A stretch of DNA of 64,000 nt from Chiloscyllium plagiosum (lineage: Eukaryota), in the NCBI RefSeq assembly GCF_004010195.1, contig NC_057718.1, forward strand, positions 66,225,351 through 66,289,350. Reading direction: 5' to 3'. Positions 25,136 through 38,254 of the stretch are shown one piece after another. The notes beneath the pieces were generated by a model. That model had not been told where the DNA came from, did no database searches, and saw nothing but the letters and a program-made list of their open reading frames with translations. The position numbers were made by a program, and so were the translations under genes. Positions within the stretch are counted from its first letter, which is position 1. Each line of letters starts with the position of its first letter.

Positions 25136-25647
25136 AGAGAGAAAGTTCAAGATATATGACAGTCTTACACTGTTGGGGTCTTGCCAATTCGAGTACGGCA
25201 ATTGATCTGAATGTTTGATACAATTGATGTGGAGGAGCCAGTGTTGATACAATTTGGATATTGTTGGCTGCATGTTTTTTTTTTAAAAACCTAATTTGAT
25301 CATGTGAAAGACTCCACATGGGTATGCTCATCAAGGTATAACTGATTGTATTATTGGAGCTACGTAAAATAAATAAGGATTTCATTGAATTTTTTTTGAG
25401 TTAAAGTGCAGACTTTCTTTTGAAGAACTATGTACAGTATAGTCAAATTAGTGAGCCACTCAGTTTGAGGGCAGCTATGGACGGGTGATAAATGCTGGCC
25501 AACCAGCAACATGCATGACTCATGAATGAATAAAGAAGAATCCACTATTGTTGAAAACGGTGAATGTGGCAGTTATTTGCTTTTTGATCCTGATCAGTCA
25601 TTTAATGAACACTTTATGAAGAGTGAAAGAGCCTCTCAGTTCAGTTA

Positions 25648-27252
25648 GACCATAGGACAATAAGACATAGGAGCGGAAGTAAGACCATTCGGCCCATCGA
25701 GTCCACTCCGCCATGGGTGACGGGCATTTCAACTCCACTTACCCGCATTCTCCCCATAGCCCTTAATTCCTTGTGACATCAAGAATTTATCAATTTCTGC
25801 CTTGAAGACATTTAGCGTCCCAGCCTCCACTGCACTCTGTGGCAATGAATTCCACAGGCCCACCACTCTCTGGCTGAAGAAATGTCTCCGCATTTCTGTT
25901 CTGAATTTACCCCCTCTAATTCTAAGGCTGTGTCCACGGGTCCTAGTCTCCTCGCCTAACGGAAACAATTTCCTAGCGTCCACCCTCTCCAAGCCATCTC
26001 TCAAGGAATTAAGGGATATGGGGAGAGTGCGGGTAAGTGGCGTTGAAATGCCCATCAGCCATGATTGAATGACGGAGTGGACTCGATGGGCNNNNNNNNN
26101 NNNNNNNNNNNNNNNNNNNNNNNNNNNNNNNNNNNNNNNNNNNNNNNNNNNNNNNNNNNNNNNNNNNNNNNNNNNNNNNNNNNNNNNNNNNNNNNNNNNN
26201 NNNNNNNNNNNNNNNNNNNNNNNNNNNNNNNNNNNNNNNNNNNNNNNNNNNNNNNNNNNNNNNNNNNNNNNNNNNNNNNNNNNNNNNNNNNNNNNNNNNN
26301 NNNNNNNNNNNNNNNNNNNNNNNNNNNNNNNNNNNNNNNNNNNNNNNNNNNNNNNNNNNNNNNNNNNNNNNNNNNNNNNNNNNNNNNNNNNNNNNNNNNN
26401 NNNNNNNNNNNNNNNNNNNNNNNNNNNNNNNNNNNNNNNNNNNNNNNNNNNNNNNNNNNNNNNNNNNNNNNNNNNNNNNNNNNNNNNNNNNNNNNNNNNN
26501 NNNNNNNNNNNNNNNNNNNNNNNNNNNNNNNNNNNNNNNNNNNNNNNNNNNNNNNNNNNNNNNNNNNNNNNNNNNNNNNNNNNNNNNNNNNNNNNNNNNN
26601 NNNNNNNNNNNNNNNNNNNNNNNNNNNNNNNNNNNNNNNNNNNNNNNNNNNNNNNNNNNNNNNNNNNNNNNNNNNNNNNNNNNNNNNNNNNNNNNNNNNN
26701 NNNNNNNNNNNNNNNNNNNNNNNNNNNNNNNNNNNNNNNNNNNNNNNNNNNNNNNNNNNNNNNNNNNNNGGGGTTACAACAGCGGTCTTCCAATCATCCG
26801 GGACTTTCCCTGACTCCAGTGATTTTTGAAAGATCTCAACCAACGCCTCAGCTATTTCCTCAGCTTCCTCCCTCAGAACTCTAGGATGTAGCCCATTGGG
26901 GCTAGGAGATTTATCAATTTTAAGACCTTTTAGGTTTTCTAGCACTTTCTCTTTTGTAATGGCAACCATACTCAACTCAGCCCCCTGACTCCCTTTAATT
27001 GTTGGGATATTACTCATGTCTTCCAATGTGAAGACTGACGCAAAGTACTTATTAAGTTCTCCTGCTATTTCCTTATCTCCCATCACTAGGCTTCCAGCAT
27101 CAGTTTGAAGTGGCCCAATGTCTACTCTTGCCTGTCGTTTGTTTCTTATGTATTGAAATAAACTTTTCCTATCATTTCTAATATTACTGGCTAGCCTACC
27201 TTCATATTTGATCCTCTCCTTCCTTATTTCTCTCTTTGTTATCCTCTGTTTT
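25648..27252 (-). mobile_element. Young CR1 LINE spanning the assembly gap
   Basis: Open RT-upstream frame at 26770-27250 (KSPSPNGLHPRVLRE..GKVPDDWK) and C-terminus (TRGHSLRIRG..WNSLP) plus tail at 25648-25995. Confidence 0.85.
26092..26769. other. Assembly gap (678 N)
   Basis: Run of N. Confidence 1.
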
Positions 27253-27569
27253 ATTAATGAATTCATGAATATTACAGTGTAAATAATTTCTTATTTGCCT
27301 ATTTTAATAACTGTACTTAGTCATTGTGAAATGTATAGAACAGTTTAAACTTCAACTTCTTTCCTTTTGCCATTTTGCCTTTCCCAACAGAGGAAATTAA
27401 TTTCTCATCAGAGGTTTGGTTTCGGAGTTGTGCATTATTTAGTTCTGAAAGTGATGATATGCTAGGTTATTTTTAAAATGCTTGGTTTTGCAGGATTGTG
27501 CAGTCAGTCACTTAATGCTGTTAACTCAGAGTTTATACTAGTGACTGTTCTATGGGCTGTTCCCAGGGA

Positions 27570-28230
27570 TACACAACAAGGCAGACATCAACACAGAAAG
27601 CTAGCACACGAGTGCAGCAGGTAATGAGGAAGACTGATGTGATGCTGGTTTCTTAGATCAAGGGAGTTGGAGTATAAGAGTCAGGTTGTTTTAACTGTGA
27701 CTGTACAAGATGTTGGTGAGACCACATGGAGCAGTTTTTGTCCCCTTCATTGAAGGAAAGATATTTAATTGGAGGCAGTTCAGTGAAGGTTCTCTCGGAA
27801 AAATCCCCAGTATGGAGAGATTCTCTGAGCAAAGACTACAAAGGTTGGGACTCAATTCACCAGAGTTTAGAAGAATGAGGTGATCTTATTGAAACATAAG
27901 ATTCTTAAGGGGCTTAACTGAGTAAGTGTTGAGAGGATGGTTCCCCTCATGGAAGAATCTAGAATCAGAGGGCATAGTCACAAAATAATGGGGTGCTAAA
28001 TTACAATTGAGATGAGGAATTTCCTGAGGGTTCAGTGTCTTTGAAACTCCTTGTCACAGAGCTGAGGGGGCAATCTTTATGTATATTTAAGACTGATTAG
28101 GTTCTTGATCATTAGGGGAAGTAAGGACTGTGGAGAAAACGAAAAATGTATATGTGAGTAATATAGGATCAGTCATAATTCTATTGAATGGTACAGCAGG
28201 CTCAAGGAACCAAACCTATGCTCCTTTTCA
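27570..28230 (+). mobile_element. Old CR1 3' fragment
   Basis: Degenerate gagtttagaagaatgag..gatcttattgaaac and tctagaatcagagggcatagt motifs. Confidence 0.75.
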
Positions 28231-28857
28231 AATTTCTAATGATCTTAAGCAGCTGGAAGACCGATTCAGTGAAAGATGTTCAGTTTTCCAGCGCAAGGAT
28301 TGTCCTTGACAGTGTTGTCGAGACTGGCACATGATAAATTGTAAATATACTGAACATGGTGTACAGAGGAAATCTTTTATCTGTTGCACTTTGTGATTTC
28401 CAATTTGTTTTGCACTTGAGCTGTCTCCTTGACAAGGAATGATTTTACAAATCTTACGTTCATTCTGAGTGGAACATCCTGTATGGGAATAAGTTGAGTT
28501 TTCTTGCAAATTTTGTAACATTCAAGTAAAATGTTATGAATAAAGTATATTCTTGGGAAGGAAGAGTTATGATTCTATTGGGCCAGTATGAGGAAGGCTA
28601 ATTGAGGAGAGCTGCACCCCAGAGATCTCCAATTTATCAATGTTGAACTTATGAATATTTGTAAATCCGAGTGAGATCCCATGATAATATTTAAATTTGA
28701 GGACGTTTGCTTGTACTTGCAAATGGATATTTTGTACTGTGCAGTATTGTGCTTGTTTGTGTAAAAGTCTTATGAATGTATACAGGAACATAAATCGTTT
28801 GTAATCTGGGGATGTCCTGTACTGATCATTTCACATTGATGTATATCCAGAACCACT

Positions 28858-29388
28858 TTAGAACATAGAACAATACAGCGCCGAACAGGCCCTTCGGCCC
28901 TCGATGTTGCGCAGACCTGTGAACTATTCTCAGCTCGTCCCCCTACACTATCCCAAAATCATCCGTGTGCTTATCCAAGGATTGTTTAAATCTCCCTAAT
29001 GTGGCAGAGTTGACTACATTGGCAGGTAGGGCATTCCACTCCCTTACCACTCTCTGCGTAAGGAACCTGCCTCTGACATCTGTCTTAAATCTATCACCTC
29101 TCAATTTGTAGTTATGCCCCCTCATACAAGCTGACATCCTCATCCTAGGAAAAAGACTTCCACTGTCTACCCTATCTAATCCTCTGATCATCTTGTTTCT
29201 CTCTATCAAATCTCCCCCTTAGCCTTCTTTTTTCCAATGAGAACAGGTTCAAGTCTCTCAGCCTTTCCTCATAAGACCTTCCCTCCATACCAGGCAACAT
29301 CCTGGTAAATCTCCTCTGCACCTTTGTCAATGCTTCCACGTCCTCCCTGAAATATGGCGACCAGAACTGTACACAATATTTCAGGTGT
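28858..29388 (-). mobile_element. CR1 3' fragment, relatively young
   Basis: RGHNYKLRGDRFKTDVRGRFLTQRVVREWNALP; tagaacatagaac tail. Confidence 0.9.
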
Positions 29389-30330
29389 AGAAACTTGTTG
29401 AAACATCAAAGTGACGGTGTAAGAATGCAGTGCCATGTTTTACCCAGGGATGAACTTCTGATCACCCATGTCGGTTACACTGCCAGATATCCTAATTCTA
29501 CCTTTTGTGGCATATCCCTGCCACTTGCAGAAATCCTTGCTGAAATTGCCATCCAAGCCTTTATTATTCCAGTGCTTTCCTGGATGGGCCCCCATCTTGC
29601 CCCCTATTGTAACCTGAACTCATCTAAAACTGTGCTGCCCACATTTGAACTGGCATCACATCCTACTCTGCCATCACTCATGCACTCTCCAATATCTATT
29701 GCCTTCTGTCTCCATTTTAAAAATTGCATTCCTGATATCAAGTTGGTCTCACTGTTTCGATAAACTCCTCCTGACCTAAAATCCTAGAAGATACCTGTAC
29801 TCCTAATCTGGCTTTCTGCTGATTGTGTTACCATAGGTGGTTATGCCTTTAATTAACCAGGCTATAACCATTATAATTATGTCTGTAAACCTATCCACAT
29901 CTATATTGCTTTAAGATTTTCTTTAAAAACTTTTTTTTTGGACCAAGCTTTTGCTCCCAAGTCCTTATGTGGTGTGGTGCCACTAAAATAGAGATAACTG
30001 CCTTATGAAGTGTCTTAGGTTGTTTTTAATAGGTTAAAGGTGCTGTACAAATGTAGTTCTCATCATAGAGTTTCAGAAAGTTTGAGGCCAAAATGATTGA
30101 AGCAATGGAGTCCTTAGAAACAAGGGTTGAGGATTTTCAAACTGGGAATTCGGTTCACTTTCGGAAACAGTACTTTAGACTTTAATGTCCATATTCCCAT
30201 CAAGTATACTCTGGGGGCGGGGAGGGGGAGGAAGGAGAATGTTGGAGTTTATTCCTACCTATCCAAGTAGGAAAAGAGGAATGAAATGGATGTTCTAGTA
30301 TGTAAATAAAAAAAATTTACAGCAGAACAG

Positions 30331-31075
30331 TACTTACACACTCAATGGTAAGGTCCTAGGGAGTGTTGCTGAACAAAGAGACCTTGGAGTGCAGGTTTGA
30401 AAGTGGAGTCGCAGGTAGATAGGATAGTGAAGAAGGCTTTTGGCATGCTTTCCTTTATTGGACAGTGTCTTGAGTACAGGAGTTGGGAGGTCATGTTGCA
30501 GCTGTACAGGTCATTGGTTAGGCCACTGTTGGAATATTGTGTGCAATTCCGGTCTCCTTCCTATCGGAAAGTTGTTGTGAAACTTGAAAGGATTCAGAAA
30601 AGTTTTACAAGGATGTTGCCAGGGTTGGAGGATCTGAGTTACAGGGAGAGGCTGAACAGGCTGGTGCTGTTTTCCCTGGAGCGTCGGAGGCTGAGGGGTG
30701 ACCTTATAGAGGTTTACAAAATTGAGGGGCATGGATAGGATAAATAGGCAAAGTCTTTTCCGTAGGGTTGGGGAGTCCAGAACTAGAGGGCATAGGTTTA
30801 GGGTGAGAGGGGAAAGATATAAAAGAGACCTAAGGGGAAACTTTTTCACGCAGAGGGTGGTACGTGTATGGAATGAGCTGCCAGAGGATGAGGTGGAGGC
30901 TGGTACAATTGCACCATTTAAGAGGCATTTGGATGGGTATATGAATAGGAAGGGTTTAGAGAGATATGGGCCGGGTGCTGGCAGGTGGGAGTAGATTGTG
31001 TTGGGATATCTGGTCGGCATGGATGGGTTGGACCGACGGGTCTGTTTCCATGCGGTACATCTCTATGACTCTAAC
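30331..31075 (+). mobile_element. CR1 3' fragment, young
   Basis: LYRSLVRPLLEYCVQF, TRGHRFRVRGERYKRDLRGNFFTQRVVRVWNELP; ctatgactct tail. Confidence 0.95.
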
Positions 31076-31467
31076 TATCTATAATGTAAACTCTATCATT
31101 TCATTTAACAATATAATGTTACCTAAACAAAAGTTCCTTCGGGTGGAACCTTTTGAATTGTATGTACTAATGGCTTTACCTGACATCGAAGAAGTGGTGG
31201 GTCGAATTAGTTGGTCGTGGTGAGAAATTCCTCTTTGAAGGAAAATAAATATCCAAGTCTGCAACAATTAGTTTTTTCATCTGTTTGCACCTAGGTGGGT
31301 TTTCTGGAAGTTAAAAAGTTCCTTTAGTTTAAAAAAAACTACCCTTTTCTGGATAGTTGTCATTCTTGTAAGATACTTTATGGTCAATTTATTAACACTG
31401 GAGTTTAATTTCTGAATCAAATGTTCATCCAATCCATCAAAGTACCTTAGATTTATATTTTCGAATA

Positions 31468-31582
31468 TGAGGTGCTGGAAAAACACAGCAGGCTAGGCAG
31501 CATCCGAGGAGCTCCTGGCCTGTGTTTTTCCAGCACATTTTTCAACTCTGGCCTCCAGCATCTGCTGTCCTCATTTTCTCCC
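31468..31582. mobile_element. Collapsed Penelope family B fold-back remnant
   Basis: gtgctggaaaaacacag ... ctgtgtttttccagcac inverted arms; the hammerhead region is deleted. Confidence 0.7.
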
Positions 31583-33394
31583 ATTTTAGAATATGAGTCT
31601 AGGTAAAAGCGATAGAACATCATTGCATGCAAAGTATCTTGCTTTAGTCATCTAAATTTCCACATTGCAGAATAAATGCCCCTTTTTTATTATAGCAATG
31701 TATAATTGCTAGGCATGCTGTAGTTGTAAGATAAATCTGGAGTAAGATTCACCAATGTACAGCACAAGCGATCACTGTTTTGAAAGTCAGTGTTTCTGAC
31801 ATGGGTTGACAATTTTTCCCACCGTGTCTGAAATGAATCCATGGATTCATTGCATTCCATAAGCAGGGGGTAAGAATGTTTTGAGCACAAAATGAGGGTA
31901 AGTTACAAGGCCTTGAACCTTAAGTGAGAATTTTGTGTTAACCTTTTATATGACTACAATTGTCTTATGACAGCGTGGAACAATACAAATAATACAGGTA
32001 CAGGCAAACTTTAACTGTCATTACAGACAGTGCTTCAAAAATTACAGTATTTTAATGTTGGAATGATTAACCCTGGGAATATACTAAATTGTTTCAATTT
32101 TGTAAGGGCCCGATTTACATTTTGATTGAATTAATTTGCAATTAGTTTCAGTAAAAAGAGAAAATTGAATCATCAGCCAGCTTAGCATCTTAACCAGGTT
32201 TGCGTGCACCTGTTGAAAAATACACGATATTGAGCATTGGGTCTCTGTTTCTGCCTTAATTGTATGACCATCACCCAATCGTTATTCTGCCAGCATTTAT
32301 ATGGGTAGCACTATTCCCCCATAAATATAACTTTAAACTTCATACTTAATTTAAACATCATGGAATTGGTTCTGTATTAAACAAAGCCTGCTAGCACTAA
32401 ATGATTACTTTATACCTCATGCTATTTTTATTCTTGCATAATAGATCATTCATTTTATTGTCACCTCTCAAACCCTATTGATTTTTGTCAGCTTGAGCTG
32501 GTCTTCAGCCTGATTTACATCACCCCTGTGGTTTTAAACAGTTGGTCACCTGCATCTACTGCAGAGCTATACTGATTCATGAGCCCATGTGTACATTGAC
32601 CAGATGGATCCTCATGAAAAGCACTGATGGGAGTATAAGCTGAGTCTGCTACTCAATGGTGACCTCAAGTGCTTGGCATCAAAGGACAATTTTAAGTATT
32701 GCTTCTGTTCACCCAGGAGCGGGAGTTTGCAATGTTTTTCCTTGTGGTAAAACTAAATTGGTGGTTTCTTAAGGGACAGTTCGCTTTAAGACCAAAGCAC
32801 AAATATCAATTTGTGGATTTTTAAAAAAAAAATTACTATACATTTAATCTCTTGTTAAAATAACTGTTACATTTATGAAATAGAGAAGATGGACTTTATT
32901 TAAGAGGAGAGCAATAATATGTTTTTATTAGAACAAAAATGGTGGACACTTGTTAGAAGCTTTCAGAAAAAAGAATTTATATGAAAGTGCATAACTATTT
33001 CCACTGGAAGGCATAAATTTTAAGATCCACAATAAAAGTGAGCTTCAAAGAGATTATATACTGAGGCAATGGAATGACTTAAACTAATAGTAATGACATT
33101 TTCACGTTAAGGAAAACTAAAATAATAAATGTTTAACTAGTTTTTATACGACAAATACTTACCTTGGGAGTGTATATAATATTTGCATGAATTTGAGGGT
33201 AACCTCAAGTAAAAGGACATAGTGTCCCAGGTCTAGTTGGAGAATAATCCCGATTTATACTTTGTTTTGTAGCTCAGAACTGCATTATTTGGTGAATTTG
33301 CGCAGTGAGCTAGCAAATTTACTGAGCATCACTATTTTAACTTCTGTTCCAGTGAAATACTTGAGACAATTTGATTTGTATGTTTACCTTTTAG

Positions 33395-33451
33395 AGCCAT
33401 CAGTCAATCATGGGGGTGTGAATGGGACGTCTGGCTCCACTTCAATTTAAG
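33395..33451 (+). other. Candidate 57-nt host-gene exon
   Basis: tgtttaccttttag acceptor and AAG|gtaatt donor within TE-poor sequence; gene not recognised. Confidence 0.4.
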
Positions 33452-34074
33452 GTAATTATCTCATCTGTAACACTGGTAAATCTTGGCCTTGTCATCTTTG
33501 TTTGGAAACTCTTTGATATAATTCAGATACTTTATCATCAAGACAATGAACGTTTAAGTTAGACAACTGACACAGGCTCCAGAACTTTGACTGTAAGACT
33601 AATGTTTTAATGTTCCTGTTGTTGTATATGTTAATGTAATACCAGTGCTAAAATGTGTGTTTGTAAGTTCACTAATTTGTAATTGTTTATATGTATAATT
33701 GGTTTTCTTGGTGTTTAGTATTTGCTCTCCTCCCTCCCAGCTTCTGTATAAAGAACTGAAGCTGTTTTCCGAAAGGAATACTCCAGAAGTTGTGACCTAA
33801 TTCTCAATCATAAAGTCAGTATTATTGTTTTGAAAAAAATGTTTTATGGTCTCTGTGCACAACATCCAGTTAATTTTCTCATTGACTTTGAAATATGGGA
33901 GTTTATCATTTAACTATGGCTTCAATCATTTTCTGCAGCTTTTTACTTTAAATGGATATTCAGTCTCCTTTTAAACATGAGGTGGTAATTGAAACAGTAT
34001 ATCTATCATGCAGTGTGTAAATGATCTGTATGTTGTGGTTCTCATGGGAAAGATTCTAGGTGTGATCTGTATTT

Positions 34075-34898
34075 GGTGTTGGACTGGGGTGGACAAAGTT
34101 AAAAATCTCACATCACCAGGTTATAGTCCCACAGGTTTTTGCAAGCACGTGCTTTGGGAGCATGCTTCTTCATCAGGTGGTTGTGGAGTATAAGGTCGTA
34201 AGACATAGAATTTATAGCAAAAGTTTACAGCGACAAAAGGCAGACTTCAGGACAGGCAACAGTGCAAAATGGCCGAACTAAGGCTGATAGCCAAGTTTGG
34301 TACCCATGGGGATGGCCTCAACCAGGACCTTGGGTTCATGGCTGCAGTAGACACATGCACCAAGCTCTGACTTTTTTTCACTCTCTCTCGCTTGCTCTCC
34401 TACACGCTCACACAGACCCTCTCTCATACACATATAGGCCCATATGTGTGCACACATAGGTTTGTGGGGTGAATTTGTACTTGCAGAATTACGTTTTATT
34501 TTGCTCAAAAACAGCATGAATCCATGTGAATCCCCTTTTTAAAGAAATAGAATCAGTCTGAACATTGAGGCACAGACAGACTTTAGCCTCACACCTTCAA
34601 TGCATTTTCTGAGCTGACATGGCTCCTATTGTTAGAGTTCACTTGAGAATGTATCTTTTTAAAAGTTCTGTGATTTACATGTGGAAGAAATGAAACCAAC
34701 ATAGTAATTCTAAAAGATGAGACTTGACAAACAATCAAGTTCTTTTTCAATATATTATCTCAGCTGCATCACACTGTAAACTTTTGCTATAAATTCTGTG
34801 TCTTACAATCCACAACCACCTGATGAAGGACCAGAGCTCCTCAAGCTAGTGCTTCTGAATAAACCTGTTGGAATATAACTGGTGTTGTGATTTTTAAC
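34075..34898 (+). mobile_element. Penelope-like element (family C) with inverted 5' terminal repeat
   Basis: ORF tail GRLQDRQQCKMAELRLIAKFGTHGDGLNQDLGFM at ~34239-34340; arms ~34097-34230 and 34774-34898 are inverted. Confidence 0.85.
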
Positions 34899-35265
34899 TG
34901 TAGATTTGATCTGAGATGGGTAAGGCAGGTGGTGGTCAATAGGCTTGCAATATTGTATTGAGAAAGTAAACTACTGTTCTTGGACCATTTCTCCCCCACC
35001 CCACCACTTTTCAGGTGGTGCACACACGACATATGGTGAGATTGGGGGAAGGGATGGATTCAGGCGGGAGTGGAGGAGGGTTCCAGAAGGCCTTGGGTAC
35101 CTCCCAAGTTGATGTATCTTGTGAGCCTTGATGCCTGAAAGGAAAAGAGAAAGTTTCTTGTTAGCACAGAAGGGACCAGATGATGAAGTGAAACTGTGGA
35201 GTGGTGCAACCCTGAGCAGCATAATGCATTGCTGTTGGAGAGAGAGGTCAAGAGTGAGCATATGA

Positions 35266-35501
35266 TGCTGCATGGCACTGAGTGTGGATCTTAGGATATG
35301 GTGAGAGCAACTGTCTGTGGAATGTTTAGCATCCCAGATACCTGTGATCTCAGGTGAATTCCAAGCACGAGGGATGAAACTGGAATGCTGCATGGCACTG
35401 AGTGTGGATCTTAGGATATGGTGAGAGCATCTGTGGAATGTTTAGCATCCCAGATACCTGTGATCTCAGGTGGATTCCAAGCACGAGGGATGAAACTGGA
35501 A
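35266..35501 (+). repeat. Tandem duplication, 120-bp and 116-bp units
   Basis: The units differ by a 4-bp deletion and one substitution. Confidence 0.95.
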
Positions 35502-35554
35502 GTGGAATCTACATGGGGTGAGCCTGAAGGAGGCAGTCACTGAGAAATGTGATA

Positions 35555-35965
35555 TGGCTCACTATCCACTTGGGAACCCTGCAGCCCTCTGGACTCAATA
35601 TTGAGTTCAGTAATTCTAGGGCCTGAACTCTCCCATGTCCTAGCCCCCAATCCCACACACCAGGCCTTGTTATCACATAGCCTGCCATTACACACTATCT
35701 ATTGTTAGCCACTAACAGTTTCCATTAACAGTTATTCACTTTCCTAGCCAGATCATTATGCACTCCTTTGTCCAACTATTCTACTCTCTCTTTGGGGTCT
35801 ATCCCCACCTATCGTTTACTCCTGACCTTCCTCACTCCATCCTATACTTTGCATATAAACCAATATCTTCCTAGTTAATGTCAATTCTGAGGAAGGGTCA
35901 CTGGACTTGAAACGTTAACTCTGATTTCTCTTCACAGATGCTGCCAGACCTGCTGAGCTTTTCCA
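35555..35965 (+). mobile_element. Penelope-like 3' fragment with hammerhead-like motif at 35884-35919
   Basis: gggaccctgcagcc..ggactcaatattgagttc ORF tail; CUGAGGA-A-GGGUC(ACUG)GACUU-GAAAC-GUU. Confidence 0.75.
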
Positions 35966-36236
35966 GGATGACACAAGTGATGTGTCATGGGGTCAGAACT
36001 GGGACCTCAAATCTTTGCAATTTATATGAGTGATTTGGTTGAATGAATTGAAGGTATGGGAGCTAAATTTCCTGGTAACACAAAGTTAGGTAGAAAATAG
36101 AGTTGTGAAGGGAAAAAAACTTTTCTCGATCCCTTTTGTAGTCTTAAGTGAATGGGCAAAGATCTGGCAAATAGAGTACAATGTAGTAAACTATGAAATT
36201 GTCCATTTTGACAGAGCGATAAAATGGTTTTTAAAT

Positions 36237-36950
36237 AGTCATAGAGATGTACAGCATGGAAACAGAGATGGAAATGTGTTGCTGGAGAAGCGCAGCAGGT
36301 CAGGCAGCATCTAGGGAACAGGAGAATCGACGTTTTGGGCATTAGCCCTTCTTCAGGAATGAGGAAAGTTTGTCCAGCAGGCTAAGCCAGGTGGATGGTG
36401 TGTGTTGGAGGCGGGAGAAGGGGTCGTCAGAGGGTGGGCGGGAGACCCTTCGGTCCAACCCGTCCTGCCGACCAGATATCCCATCCCAATCTAGTCCTAC
36501 CTGCCAGCACCCGGCCCACATAATTTTGTAAACCTCTATAAGTTCACCCCTCAGCCTCCGATGCTCCAGGGAAAACAGCCCCAACCTGTTCAGCCACTCC
36601 CTGTAGCTCAGATCCTCCAATTCTGGCAACATCCTTGTAAATCTTTTCTGAACCCTTTCAAGTTTCACAACATCTTTCCGATAGGAAGGAGACCGGAATT
36701 GCACGCAAAATTCCAACAGTGGCCTAACCAATGTCCTGTACAACTGCAACATGACTTCCCAACTCCTGTACTCAATACTCTGACCAATAAAGGAAAGCAT
36801 ACCAAACGCCTTCTTCACTATCCTATCTACCTGCGACTCCATTTTCAAGAAGCTATGAACCTGCACTCCAAGGTCTCTTTTCAGCAACACTCCCTAGGAT
36901 CTTACCATTAAGTGTATAAGTCCTGCTAAGATTTGCTTTCCCAAAATGTG
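36237..36950 (-). mobile_element. Young CR1 3' fragment, tail split by a Penelope piece
   Basis: ORF 36342-36890 RDLGVQVH..RPLLEFCVQF; the tail is interrupted at ~36267-36441. Confidence 0.92.
36267..36441 (-). mobile_element. Penelope family B terminal-repeat fragment
   Basis: Matches 23290-23380 in antisense; hammerhead motif at 36325-36360 with G12 changed to A. Confidence 0.8.
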
Positions 36951-38254
36951 GTGAGAAGATGCAGAGAGATCTAGTTGTCCTCTTGCATTTTGCTTCAATC
37001 ACAGAAGTATGCAGGTCCAGAAAATAATCATTAAATCTAATGGAATGTTCTGTTTTAGTGCAAGGGGAATTGAATGTAAAGGTAAGGAGGTTATGCTTCA
37101 ATTACACAGGACATTGGTGAGACAGCCCAGCACTCTGTACAGTGCTAGTTGTGTATGGAAGGATATCAATGCATTGGAAGCTGTTGAGAGAAGGTTTAAC
37201 CACATTAGTTCCTGAAATGAACATACAGCCTGTGTAGCCTTGTGCCATAAGGCCTGTATCCTCTGGAGTTTAGAGTCAGTGATTTAACCGAAACACACAA
37301 GATTCTGAGGGGACTTGACTGGGTGGAAGTTGAAAACATGTTTTCTCTTGTGGGAGAATTCAACTATAACCAGAATTTTAAAAATAAAGAGCTGTCCATT
37401 AAAACAGATGAGGACTTTGTTTTTGTCTGAATGTTGTCACTCTGGAATTCCCATCCTGAAAAGGCGACGGATACAGAATCTTTTAAATATTTTTTAAGGC
37501 AGAGATCGATTAGAGTCAGAGATCTACAGCAAAGATAAAGATCCCGTATACATTGTGTCCACACTGGTCAAAAAACAACCATCTAACTATTCGAATCTCA
37601 TTTTCTAGTACTCTGCTGATAACCTTGCTTGCCTTGGCATCGCACTGCACATCTAAATACTTCTAAAATGTAATGAGTGTTTTTTAAAAAATGCAAATCT
37701 ATTTCTGCCTTTAAAAAATTGTTTAGAATAAATTGTAAAGAGTGATAAAATTCAGACAAACTTTCCTCATCTGTTTTAAATGGACAATCACTTATTTTTA
37801 AACTATGACCTATAGTACTCCATCCTTACAGGCAGAACTCCAGATTGCCATCATCCTCTGGATGAAATTGTTTTCCTCCCATCTTCTCTAAACCTTTCAC
37901 CTCTTACCTCAAATCTGTGTACCTGGTCATTGATCCCTGTATCAAAGGGAGAGGTCTCTTCCCCTTTCATAATTTTATGCATCTCAATCATGTCCCATCT
38001 TAGCCTCTGCGCCTAAGGAAAACAGCCCTAATCCAACCAGTCTCTCTTCATAACAGAAATTCTCCAGCCCAGGAACCCAGGTAAGTTTTCTCTGCACCCT
38101 CTCCAGTGCTATCACATTTCTCCTATGAGGATTTCAGAATTGCACACTAACTGATGTTTTTATACAGTTCTAGCATAACCTGTATGCTCTAAAACTCTAT
38201 GTCTCGACTGATAAAGGGAAATATGCTATCTGTCTTGTTAAAAATGCGAGTAAG

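Larger units (their letters stand above)
35966..37510 (+). mobile_element. Old CR1 interrupted by younger insertions at 36237-36950
   Basis: EWAKIWQIEYNV..IVHF before the insertion; ARGIECKGKEVMLQLHRTLVR after it. Confidence 0.75.

Noticed and set aside
25996..26091. Inverted CR1 tail at the gap edge mirroring 25690-25779
   Set aside because: It differs from the nearby tail at several sites and abuts the gap, so it is likely a misjoined or separate copy. Not interpretable without reads.
25729..27266. Long ORFs of 254-403 aa in the track
   Set aside because: Their length comes from translating through the N gap; the flanks are CR1.
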